64,000 bases of DNA from an uncultured Roseivirgaceae bacterium (lineage in GTDB: Bacteria; Bacteroidota; Bacteroidia; Cytophagales; Cyclobacteriaceae). Within the stretch, counting starts at the first letter, position 1, and each line of letters starts with the position of its first letter. This document shows positions 48,119 to 56,660 of the stretch, piece by piece. Both the position numbers and the translations under genes were made by a program. The stretch spans positions 4,848-68,847 of the forward strand of contig CAZLZD010000021.1 of the NCBI GenBank assembly GCA_964563925.1, read 5' to 3'. The notes below the pieces were generated by a model. It was not told where the DNA came from and searched no databases. It saw only the letters and a list, made by a program, of their open reading frames with translations.

Positions 48119-48542
48119 TTTTCTCTTTCTTCTGGCGCTGGCCTTTGCCGGCTGCGACAATGACCCGGTTCCGGCGGAAATTCCACCGGCCACCTTTGAT
48201 GATATCTTTATTAATCTCGACTTACCGGAATACCAGCCCCTTGATGTGCAGGGCTATGTGTATATCCAGGCCGGAGGCGGCAGTAATGGCATTATCCTGT
48301 ATAAAAACAGTGCTTCGGATTACAACGCCTATGAACGCACCTGTTCGTACGATCCTTACAGTGCCACCGCCATTATCGAGGTTACACCAGGCAACATCTC
48401 CATGGTCGATTACACCTGCAATTCTTATTTCGGATTTGAAAGCGGGCAGCCCCAGGGTGGTCCTGCCTACGTTCCGTTACGGCAATACACGGTCATCCAG
48501 ACGGGTCGCTCCCTGACGATTACTGACGAACCGCTGAATTAA
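48099..48542 (+). CDS. Small lipoprotein with a Rieske-like fold pattern lacking the His ligands
   Basis: The start is ATG 48099 or 48105. It has a lipobox (LALAFAGCDN). The body reads ...AYERTCSYDP...YTCNSYFGFESGQPQGGPAYVPLRQYTV, which parallels the Rieske CxH...CxxH...GPA layout. Confidence 0.55.
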   Translation: MNMTRSSFLFLLALAFAGCDNDPVPAEIPPATFDDIFINLDLPEYQPLDVQGYVYIQAGGGSNGIILYKNSASDYNAYERTCSYDPYSATAIIEVTPGNISMVDYTCNSYFGFESGQPQGGPAYVPLRQYTVIQTGRSLTITDEPLN

Positions 48543-48550
48543 TTCAGCGG
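48531..48550. terminator. 20-nt perfect palindrome at the lipoprotein / moxR convergent junction (possible bidirectional terminator hairpin)
   Basis: CCGCTGAATTAATTCAGCGG contains the TAA stop of the plus-strand gene (48540-42) and the TGA stop of moxR (48544-46 on the minus strand). Confidence 0.4.
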
Positions 48551-49521
48551 GACTCTTCAATAAGTTTTTCGATGATGCTGTCGATGGTTACTCCTTCGGC
48601 CTCTGCCTTGAAGTTTCTTACGATTCGGTGGCGCAGTGCCGGTTTGGAAACTGCCACGACATCCTCAATGTCGGGAGAATATTTTCCGTTGAGCAAGGCG
48701 TTGCATTTTGCTCCTGTCACCAGGAATTGAGAGGCACGCGGACCTGCTCCCCATTCCAGGAAATCATTGGCGAGTTGAGATGCCCCCTGGGTATGCGGAC
48801 GGGTCTTATGGACCAGCTTTACGGCATATTCCACCACGTTATCAGGTATGGGTACTTTACGTACGAGCCGCTGGAAATAAAGAATCTCTTCGGCCGTCAG
48901 CACCTGGTTAACTTCCGTAGTAAGCTCGGTCGTGGTATTCTTGACGATCTCCACTTCCTTGTCATAAGCCGGGTAGTCAAGAAGCACATTGAACATGAAA
49001 CGGTCAAGCTGCGCTTCCGGAAGCGGATACGTTCCTTCCTGTTCGATGGGGTTCTGGGTGGCCAGCACAAAAAACGGCCTGGAAAGCGGGTATTTCTTCC
49101 CTGAAATGGTCACCGCATACTCCTGCATGGATTCCAGCAGGGCAGCCTGTGTTTTGGGAGGGGTACGGTTAATCTCATCTGCCAGGATAATATTGGCAAA
49201 CACAGGACCTTTGATAAACTTAAAATTCCGCTCCTTATCCAGCGTTTCAGATCCAAGAATATCCGAAGGCATTAGATCGGGTGTAAACTGAATCCGGCTG
49301 AAATCGAGGTGAAGTGCAGAAGCCATGGTTTGAATCAGCAATGTCTTGGCGAGCCCGGGCACCCCGACCAGGAGACAGTGTCCCTGGCAGAAAATGGAGG
49401 TGAGCAGTAACCGGATCACCTCATCCTGGCCAATGACAATTTTGGAAATTTCATCCTTGAGTTTGGTAAATGCCTCGTGAAGGGCATCTGCAGCCTCTAC
49501 TTCAGTATTAAATTCTTTCAT
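48544..49521 (-). CDS. MoxR family AAA+ ATPase
   Basis: 325 aa with Walker A GVPGLAKT, Walker B ILADEINR and the typical MoxR C-terminal helical region. Confidence 0.93.
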   Translation of the reverse strand: MKEFNTEVEAADALHEAFTKLKDEISKIVIGQDEVIRLLLTSIFCQGHCLLVGVPGLAKTLLIQTMASALHLDFSRIQFTPDLMPSDILGSETLDKERNFKFIKGPVFANIILADEINRTPPKTQAALLESMQEYAVTISGKKYPLSRPFFVLATQNPIEQEGTYPLPEAQLDRFMFNVLLDYPAYDKEVEIVKNTTTELTTEVNQVLTAEEILYFQRLVRKVPIPDNVVEYAVKLVHKTRPHTQGASQLANDFLEWGAGPRASQFLVTGAKCNALLNGKYSPDIEDVVAVSKPALRHRIVRNFKAEAEGVTIDSIIEKLIEESR

Positions 49522-49558
49522 GCAAAGTAAATATACGAATTAAGGTGAGGAATAAGGA

Positions 49559-50926
49559 TCAGTTGATTATTCCACATTGATCGTATTCGTCATCAATATT
49601 AATAAACACATCACCCCGCGCCTTGTTAAACCATTCGTTCAGAATCCGTGCTTTCTTTTCTTCAAGTGCCGCACGCTGTATTTTCTGCCAGTCATCTTTC
49701 AGGTTGGCCTGGTGAGGCTGTATCTTCGATTTATAATAAAGAATTCTCAGGGCCTCCTTGCCGTCATCCATCCGGAATCGCATGGGTCCGCTGATCTCTC
49801 CTACCGACAGGCTGTCGGTCAGGGTGAAGTACACTACCGGATCCATCTGATCAACCGAAACTCGGGTGTTTCCCTGCTGATCTGTGATCATTCCCCCGCC
49901 ACCGGCAGTCAGTTTATCCTCAGAAAGGTCCTTGGCCATCCGTTCAAAGGAAAGGGTGTCATCCAGGATCTTAGTACGAATACTGTCCAGCTCATTTTCC
50001 ACCCGGGCATAATCCTCTTCGGTAGGCTGCGGAATGAGAAGAATATGCCTGGAATTATATTCATTGCCCCTTTTGTCGACCAGCTGGACGATATGCATTC
50101 CGAATTCGGTTTCAAAAGGCTCGGAGATCTCCCCCGGCTTCAGGCTCAGGGCAGCCGCTTCAAATTCGGGGGCCATCATACCGCGCGAAGCCCAGCTTAA
50201 ATTGCCGCCCCGGCTTGCACTGGGTCCTTCGCTGTAGGTTTTCGCCAGTTCTTCGAAAGACTCACCGGAAAGGGCCCGGGAACGGAGCTCTGCAAGCTTC
50301 ACCTTCAGGCGCTGTTTCTCTTCAGCATTCGCTTCCGGTATCTTAACAATCTGGGATACCTCCACTTCTGTAGAGAAATAAGGAAGGCTGTCTCTGGGAA
50401 TACGGGCAAAGAATTTCCTGACTTCAGCCGGGGTGACGGTCAGGTCGGCAGTGATGTTTTCCTGCATTCTCTGAATAACGAGCTGTTCCTTAATCTGATC
50501 CCGGATCTCATCCTGCAGGTCTTCGATGGTTTTGCCATAAAACTCCTCAAACTGCTCCTCTGTGCCACCGTACTGGGAAAGGATCATCTGCATCCGCCGG
50601 TCGAGGTTGTTTTCCACTTCCAGGTCACTTACGACCACTGAATCAATCTCCGCCTTGGCCACCATCAGCTTCCCGCTGATCAGCTGGGCAAGGATACGAC
50701 ATTTCAGGTCAGGCGTCGCGGGTGCTCCCTGGCTTAATGCATTCAGGTAGGTTTTCTCGAGTTCCGATTTCAGCACAATGTAGTTGTCAACCTTGGCAAT
50801 GATTTCATCCACCACAAGCTGGTCACCCTCAGACTGGGCGAAAACCTGACCGGTCACCATACAGGCGGCGATCACACAGGTATTAATTAAAGATCTCAAA
50901 GTCATTTTGTCTTTCTGCTTTTTCAT
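49559..50926 (-). CDS. Periplasmic chaperone / peptidylprolyl isomerase, SurA-like
   Basis: The start is set at ATG 50926 (MKKQKDKMTLRSLINTCVIAACMVTGQVFAQ). It has a SurA N-domain pattern and one parvulin domain (GGNLSWASRGMMAPEFE...FGMHIVQL). Confidence 0.85.
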   Translation of the reverse strand: MKKQKDKMTLRSLINTCVIAACMVTGQVFAQSEGDQLVVDEIIAKVDNYIVLKSELEKTYLNALSQGAPATPDLKCRILAQLISGKLMVAKAEIDSVVVSDLEVENNLDRRMQMILSQYGGTEEQFEEFYGKTIEDLQDEIRDQIKEQLVIQRMQENITADLTVTPAEVRKFFARIPRDSLPYFSTEVEVSQIVKIPEANAEEKQRLKVKLAELRSRALSGESFEELAKTYSEGPSASRGGNLSWASRGMMAPEFEAAALSLKPGEISEPFETEFGMHIVQLVDKRGNEYNSRHILLIPQPTEEDYARVENELDSIRTKILDDTLSFERMAKDLSEDKLTAGGGGMITDQQGNTRVSVDQMDPVVYFTLTDSLSVGEISGPMRFRMDDGKEALRILYYKSKIQPHQANLKDDWQKIQRAALEEKKARILNEWFNKARGDVFINIDDEYDQCGIIN

Positions 50927-51767
50927 ATACTTCGTCTTCCAGGCGTTCGGCAAGCTGAACCTTGCGTTTGTTGAGAATGATATTTCTGATATCATCACTG
51001 ACAAACTCCAGAGGTGAAATATTATCTGAAATTTTATATTCCTCTATTTTCAGATAATACAAAAACTCATTATCAGAAGTTTCACTATACCGGTTATTCC
51101 GGAGAAACTGCACCTTGTTTGGAATTTCAGCCAACGGCGAATTCTTAATCACCTCATCAAACTCAATCCAGATCGAGTCATTCAGATGATAGGCACTTGC
51201 AAAACTAAGACAATACGAGTTAAGATCTTCCTGATCCTGAGGTTTATTGGACCGTATCCAGCGTGAAACACGCTCAGGTTTCGGGGCATTTTTGGACAAT
51301 TTCACATACTTACATCGAATAATATTCTGCTTCAGCAGGAAATTGTCCCGGTTCTCCTCATAATAGGTTTCGATCTCTTCGGGGCTGACTTCCATATCCA
51401 GGTTTTCATTCACATAGTAGGACTGGTATTCATATCCCATCAGCGAGTATCTGTAATCCAGTATTTTTCGCTCCAGGTCGGCTTCATTAAACTGGATATT
51501 TTCCGCGGCCTCATGGATCAGAAGCTGCTTCCGTATCCAGCTGTTGATATATCCTTCCACCCTGGCGATGGAATCTTCCTTGCTCAGCCCTTCCGGAGAA
51601 ATCCCCTCAAGGTCATCCGGATACAGATATTGATCATGAACACGCACTACCGGTGATATTCCTTCTTCCTTTTCTCCTTCGCCTTTCATCCTGATCAGAT
51701 CACAACCGGCTGTTAAAGCCACCAGCAGGATCAGGACCAGCTTACCTGACCAGTTGTTTGTATACAT
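50883..51767 (-). CDS. Hypothetical lipoprotein (chaperone-like, between two PPIase genes)
   Basis: The start is ATG 51767 (MYTNNWSGKLVLILLVALTAGCD, with a lipobox). It is helical, with a charged composition resembling a SurA/PpiD N-domain. No parvulin motif is seen. Confidence 0.6.
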   Translation of the reverse strand: MYTNNWSGKLVLILLVALTAGCDLIRMKGEGEKEEGISPVVRVHDQYLYPDDLEGISPEGLSKEDSIARVEGYINSWIRKQLLIHEAAENIQFNEADLERKILDYRYSLMGYEYQSYYVNENLDMEVSPEEIETYYEENRDNFLLKQNIIRCKYVKLSKNAPKPERVSRWIRSNKPQDQEDLNSYCLSFASAYHLNDSIWIEFDEVIKNSPLAEIPNKVQFLRNNRYSETSDNEFLYYLKIEEYKISDNISPLEFVSDDIRNIILNKRKVQLAERLEDEVYEKAERQNDFEIFN

Positions 51768-53616
51768 ATTCAAGCCCATCTTCATTCAGTATTACGTTAT
51801 ACTTGGCACGCAGTTGTTCGATCCACTTCTTTTCCAGATAATTCTGATAGTCTGCAATGACTTTACCCCTGATTTCCCGGAATAAAGGGACGCTTCCGGA
51901 AATCGTATTCTCAATCCGGACAAGCCCCTGTTCTGAGCGCAGGTATCTGCCTGGCCCCACCCCTTTGTCAAACGAATCCGCCGAAACGGTTGCTGCCTCA
52001 CTTTTAACGATTCCTTCCCGTTCGTATTGCCTGAGACGATCATCAAGAATACCTTCGCTGTTGCTTGTTATCAGGGAATACAGTGTATCTCTGGCAGCTT
52101 CATTCAGGACGGTAAACCGCGTGACCTGCAGCTGATCTTCCGTCCGGTACTCCTCGCGGTGCGCAAGGTAATATTCATTAAGGCCTGCAGAGTCTGCCGC
52201 CGCCCGGGACCAGATTTCCTCATCCATCAGTTGGAACAGGAGTATACCCTCGCGATATTCTCTGAGCAGCATCCGGTAATCCTCGTATTTTTCTTCCAGG
52301 TGCGCCTCTTCATAGGAGATCAGACTGGAATCAAAATATTCTTGCAGCAATTCATTCTTTTTATCGCCTTCCTGAAGGCCCCGCTCATTTACAAACCGGC
52401 GATAACCCGGTGTGGTGTACACGCTGTCCCCGATGCGGAAAAGGGCAAGTGAATCATTCAAATCGATCGGGGCATCAAAGGATGCGATTTCAGTGGCATT
52501 CCATTCCCGGCCCAGCCGGTCGAGCAATGCCTGCCGGCCTTTGTCTGCACGCTCGTCATTCTCGACACGTTCCCGGATGGCTGATTCCATCTGATCCATG
52601 GGGGGAAGCGGTAAACGCTGTTCCATCCTGATAATATGCCATCCATACGGAGTACGTACCGGATCCGAAATGGCCCCGGGCTCCAGGGCAAAGGCAGCCT
52701 CCTGGAATTCAAATGGCATCTGCCTGATTCCAAAGGTCTGCAGGCGCCCTCCCACACGTTTTGAATTCAGATCTTCGGAATACTCATTTACCAGCTGGTC
52801 CCAGTCAACCCCACCCCGGGCAAGGTCATATATTTCGAAAATCCGGTTCCGGGACGCCGCCGAGTCTGCGGGATTATGCCGTATCATGATATGGGAAACT
52901 GACACTTTATGGTTGGCAGGCCTGCGGTCTGTTACCTTAATAATATGATAGCCGAATTGTGACCTGACTATCGGGGAGATGCTGTCAACCGGTGTTGCAT
53001 AGGCAGCACTCTCAAACGGATAGACCATTTGCAGTGAAGTAAAATACTGCAGGTCTCCGCCATTCTGCGCGGCAGAAGGGTCACCCGAATAGTTGGAGGC
53101 AAGCTGGGAAAAAGGGACGCCGTTCAGGGCCTGACGCCGGATGTCCTCAATTTTCCGGTACGCCTCCAGCGTATCGGCCGGGGATGCATCTGCATCTGCC
53201 TGGATCAGGATGTGGCTGGCCCTCAACTCTTCAGAAAAGCGGTCATACGCTTCCCGGATCAATCGCTCAGTCACTTCTGTTTCGGTCAGGTACGGCTTCT
53301 TGAGCTGCGCCTCGTAGGCTTTCATTTCATTCAGGTATGACGGCATGGTATCCATTCCGCGCATGCGTGCTTCATGAACCTTCAGCTTAAAATTCTCATA
53401 CAACCTGAGATATTCCGAAACATCCTCCCGTGTAAATGCTGCTTCGTTGCTCTGGTTGTTTTTGTTATAGACGTAGATAAACTCGTCGGTGAAGGTACTG
53501 TCATTGCCGATCCGGAAAAGAAGTGGCGCCGGAGAATCGGCATCGGAGGTTTTAACCGGTTTTTCGACCGTACAGGCCACCAGGATGAGCAGAAGAATTA
53601 AAAATGAATTTTTCAT
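51742..53616 (-). CDS. Peptidylprolyl isomerase with two parvulin-type domains (PpiD/SurA-like)
   Basis: The start is ATG 53616 (MKNSFLILLLILVACT). It has two rotamase blocks (ASHILI...GGDLQYF...FGYHIIKV and VSHIMI...GGRL...YGWHIIRM). Confidence 0.88.
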   Translation of the reverse strand: MKNSFLILLLILVACTVEKPVKTSDADSPAPLLFRIGNDSTFTDEFIYVYNKNNQSNEAAFTREDVSEYLRLYENFKLKVHEARMRGMDTMPSYLNEMKAYEAQLKKPYLTETEVTERLIREAYDRFSEELRASHILIQADADASPADTLEAYRKIEDIRRQALNGVPFSQLASNYSGDPSAAQNGGDLQYFTSLQMVYPFESAAYATPVDSISPIVRSQFGYHIIKVTDRRPANHKVSVSHIMIRHNPADSAASRNRIFEIYDLARGGVDWDQLVNEYSEDLNSKRVGGRLQTFGIRQMPFEFQEAAFALEPGAISDPVRTPYGWHIIRMEQRLPLPPMDQMESAIRERVENDERADKGRQALLDRLGREWNATEIASFDAPIDLNDSLALFRIGDSVYTTPGYRRFVNERGLQEGDKKNELLQEYFDSSLISYEEAHLEEKYEDYRMLLREYREGILLFQLMDEEIWSRAAADSAGLNEYYLAHREEYRTEDQLQVTRFTVLNEAARDTLYSLITSNSEGILDDRLRQYEREGIVKSEAATVSADSFDKGVGPGRYLRSEQGLVRIENTISGSVPLFREIRGKVIADYQNYLEKKWIEQLRAKYNVILNEDGLEYVYKQLVR

Positions 53617-53688
53617 TGTCGTATAAGAACCGAAATCATGCAAGTTTACTGTATTTCGGCCAAAAAATCAGGAAAGACAGGTAACTTC

Positions 53689-54114
53689 TCAGCTATCCGT
53701 CAGGGAAGGGATCCGTTTGGTCAGCCTGCAGATATAGTGGCGGTCTCCCTGGATAATTTCAATCTTGTCCATGATACGTTTGACAAGGATAAGCCCGACC
53801 CCGCCTTTACGGCCTGACCGGATGATCTCTTCAAGATCCGGTGCTTTGTAATCGTTGATATTAAAGATCTCTGATTTATCGATAATATCAAATTCTATCG
53901 TGTTCCCCCGAATATTGATTCGGAGCCTGAGTTCCTGGGTGGCGTCGCAATCATGGGAATGAATAATGAGGTTGGCACAAACCTCATCCACGGCAAGCAC
54001 TATCGTGCTGATATCCAGTTCAGGAAGGTTATGGTCCTTGAGACTTTCCTCCACAAAGTGGCGGATGTCTTTAAGGTTATCTTTGGCACAATGTGTTTTG
54101 AATCGGTAGATCAT
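53689..54114 (-). CDS. Anti-sigma-factor-type serine kinase (RsbW/SpoIIAB-like, HATPase_c_2)
   Basis: 141 aa with an N-box-like DEVCANLIIHS and a G-box-like GRKGGVGLILV. Confidence 0.85.
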   Translation of the reverse strand: MIYRFKTHCAKDNLKDIRHFVEESLKDHNLPELDISTIVLAVDEVCANLIIHSHDCDATQELRLRINIRGNTIEFDIIDKSEIFNINDYKAPDLEEIIRSGRKGGVGLILVKRIMDKIEIIQGDRHYICRLTKRIPSLTDS

Positions 54115-54449
54115 GCCAGGTATGCTTCCGCCTCCTTACGGGATTCCCGGATCTCCAGGAGCTGATGCAGCCCCAGTATTTCAAAAACATGTGCCACCTT
54201 CGGCTGCAAGCCAAATATGACCAGCGAAATACCTTTTTGCTTGATCTCTTCCAGGTAGGACATAAACACACCCAATCCGGCCGAAGAGATATATTCCAGC
54301 TCAGCACAATCGATCATGATCTTGGAATTCCCTGAATTCAGCGACTCTTTCATCGCATTATCAAGTTCGATCGACGAACTGGCATCCACTTCTCCTTTAA
54401 CCCTCAACACCTCTTTACCTTCCTCAAATGTTCGCTTAATACTTACCAT
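54111..54449 (-). CDS. STAS domain anti-anti-sigma factor (RsbV/SpoIIAA-like)
   Basis: 112 aa with the conserved phosphorylatable-serine context LEYISSAGLGV. There is a 4-nt overlap with the kinase gene. Confidence 0.88.
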   Translation of the reverse strand: MVSIKRTFEEGKEVLRVKGEVDASSSIELDNAMKESLNSGNSKIMIDCAELEYISSAGLGVFMSYLEEIKQKGISLVIFGLQPKVAHVFEILGLHQLLEIRESRKEAEAYLA

Positions 54450-54484
54450 ATCTTGTTTACGTAATCTGTTATCGTTTGTTCACT

Positions 54485-56548
54485 TTATAATTGTTCTTTA
54501 AAGCGGATGATCACCGTTGTGTAGTCGTCATTAATTGCATCGTTCCCGATAAATTCAAACAGCCTTTCTATGATAGCACGCTGAATGTCATTGGCAGCAC
54601 GGTTCTTATTCTCCCGGACCACATTTCGAAGTCGATCGTAACCAAATTCCTCCCCATGACGGTTTTTTGCCTCGGTAATCCCGTCGGTGTACAGGACCAT
54701 GATATCTCCCTGTCCATAGGTGATCGTATTAACGTCTGTGTAATCCATGAAACTTTCATTGCGAATAATGCCAAGCCCCAGCCCTTTGTTTTTCAAATAA
54801 GCGGTTTCATCACGTGAATGATCGTAATACAGGGTCGGACAATGCCCGGCACGCGTAAATTCAATCCGTTTTTCAAGGCTGTCGATTATGAAATAGGAGG
54901 TAGTGACAAAAGAGGTTTTATCGAGACACCGCGAAAGTGCATCGTTGGCTTTTCTGATGAATTCTCCTGCCCCAAGGTCAAGCTGGGACAAACTATGAAA
55001 TACCCCCTTTACCTGGGACATGTGAAAGGCGGCGGAAGTTCCTTTCCCGGACACATCGCTGATCACCAGGGCAATACGATGCTCGTTGATCCGGTAGGTA
55101 TCATAATAGTCTCCTCCAACCTCATCAGCAGCCTCGGAGAATGCGACGATCTCATAGTCACCATTCGATTCCAGCTGATCGGGCAGCAGGCTTCGCTGTA
55201 CCTTCTTGGCAATCTTTAGCTCCTCCTTATACCTTTCATTTTCCAGGGCCTCGGAAAGCAGCCTGAAGTTTTCAATGGAAATGCCCGCCTGGTTTGTAAA
55301 GGTGTCGATGATCTTTTGCATCTCCTTATTGAACCCGTCGGTCACATCCTTAAGAAGGATCAGCCGTCCCATCTTTTCCTGCTTTACCTCAATGGGTGAG
55401 CTCATAATGGACCGGAAGCGTGAGCCTTTGATCAGTTCAATATTGCGCGACTTGTCAGAGCCCCCGTCAAACAGTCCCTTGATTTTCTGGTTCCTGATGA
55501 AATCTTTCAGGGATTCAATTTCAGACTGGGAAATATTGTACGTATGGTATTCCCGTCCACCGTTTTCATTGATTTCAATCCAGGCGGCATCGGCAAACAC
55601 CGTGGATATGGCACTTTCCAGCAGAATATCATAGACCCGGTCCTCACTTTGTTCAGTTTGAATAGACTGGCTCAGGCGCTGAAAGTTGACCACTTCCTCC
55701 AGCTTCTGCTCGAAAACCGAGGAGGTAGGCAGGTTAAAGAGAATGACCAGCAGGGAGAACAAGGCATAAATGAAGATAAATGCCAGCATCGACAGCAGAA
55801 AAACATGGCCCCGGAAGTCAATAAAGACTCCCGACTCCCCGGAGAGTTCTGCCGAAAAACTGATCAGCGTGAACGCATAGTATCCCAGGTAGAACATTGC
55901 CAGCAAAATCAGCAGAATGCTCTTCCACTTCTGCTTGAAATTGAGGTATGCCACCCACTTCATATTGGCAGAAAGGAATATCCCCAGAAGGACCAGTCCG
56001 CCGGTATAAAATTTATCGAATGGTTCCAGGGCCGGGAAGGGGAACACCTCGTAAAGCAATGCGAGGAGCAGCGCATATTCAAATACTTTCCATACCCTGA
56101 GCAGGAACTTGGATTTCTGGTATATGATCAGGCGTTTCCAGACGATGAATGTGGATACCAGGTAGGCACTGACCAACCCGAGGTTGCTCAGATACAGAAA
56201 ATTGACAAAGAGTTCATTGGTAGCCAGCGAACTCCCCGATCCGATAACCGAGAGAAATAAACGGAAAGCCAGGGACACCATGGTAATGATGAGCCCGGTC
56301 ACAAAGACCCTCCAGAGTAGGTCTACAAAATTGATCGAATCCGATTTCTCGATCTTGTATTTATAGAAAATAAAGAGGAGTAGAAGAAAAAGGCTCAGGA
56401 AAATACGGGGAAGTTCCTGCTGGAAGTCTGGCTTGAGATTATTGATCGAGGCGAATAGCAGGGATTCATTGGTATACACCAATCCCGCCCAGCACATAAT
56501 GGCAAGGATAGTAGTTATCCTGGTAATGGTATTGGCACTGATCCGCAT
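54485..56548 (-). CDS. Membrane-bound PP2C/SpoIIE-family serine phosphatase (RsbU-like) with a multi-TM N-terminal sensor and a GAF-like linker
   Basis: 687 aa. About 10 hydrophobic helices occupy the first ~290 aa. The C-terminal PP2C motifs are GGDYYD, ISDVSGKGTSAA, LYTDGITEA and NDDYTTV. Confidence 0.88.
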   Translation of the reverse strand: MRISANTITRITTILAIMCWAGLVYTNESLLFASINNLKPDFQQELPRIFLSLFLLLLFIFYKYKIEKSDSINFVDLLWRVFVTGLIITMVSLAFRLFLSVIGSGSSLATNELFVNFLYLSNLGLVSAYLVSTFIVWKRLIIYQKSKFLLRVWKVFEYALLLALLYEVFPFPALEPFDKFYTGGLVLLGIFLSANMKWVAYLNFKQKWKSILLILLAMFYLGYYAFTLISFSAELSGESGVFIDFRGHVFLLSMLAFIFIYALFSLLVILFNLPTSSVFEQKLEEVVNFQRLSQSIQTEQSEDRVYDILLESAISTVFADAAWIEINENGGREYHTYNISQSEIESLKDFIRNQKIKGLFDGGSDKSRNIELIKGSRFRSIMSSPIEVKQEKMGRLILLKDVTDGFNKEMQKIIDTFTNQAGISIENFRLLSEALENERYKEELKIAKKVQRSLLPDQLESNGDYEIVAFSEAADEVGGDYYDTYRINEHRIALVISDVSGKGTSAAFHMSQVKGVFHSLSQLDLGAGEFIRKANDALSRCLDKTSFVTTSYFIIDSLEKRIEFTRAGHCPTLYYDHSRDETAYLKNKGLGLGIIRNESFMDYTDVNTITYGQGDIMVLYTDGITEAKNRHGEEFGYDRLRNVVRENKNRAANDIQRAIIERLFEFIGNDAINDDYTTVIIRFKEQL

Positions 56549-56660
56549 CTTCGTAAACTCGGCATGAAGATACGAAAATGATCTAATTAGCGACCAGAAT
56601 TATCGCCACTGAAGGTCATTCAGGGTGATTACAGGAATTTAACTCAGGTGAAATCAGAAA

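Noticed and set aside
12538-56260. Other long antisense ORFs, for example 12538-13056, 16194-16775, 18021-18578, 19988-20521, 31827-32486, 44001-44654, 49577-50200 and 55544-56260.
   Set aside because: Each is fully embedded opposite a gene with strong family motifs (gltX, aroC, the symporter, the sensor, ccmF, cysD, surA, the PP2C gene). None has its own promoter box or motif. I treat them as frame artefacts.
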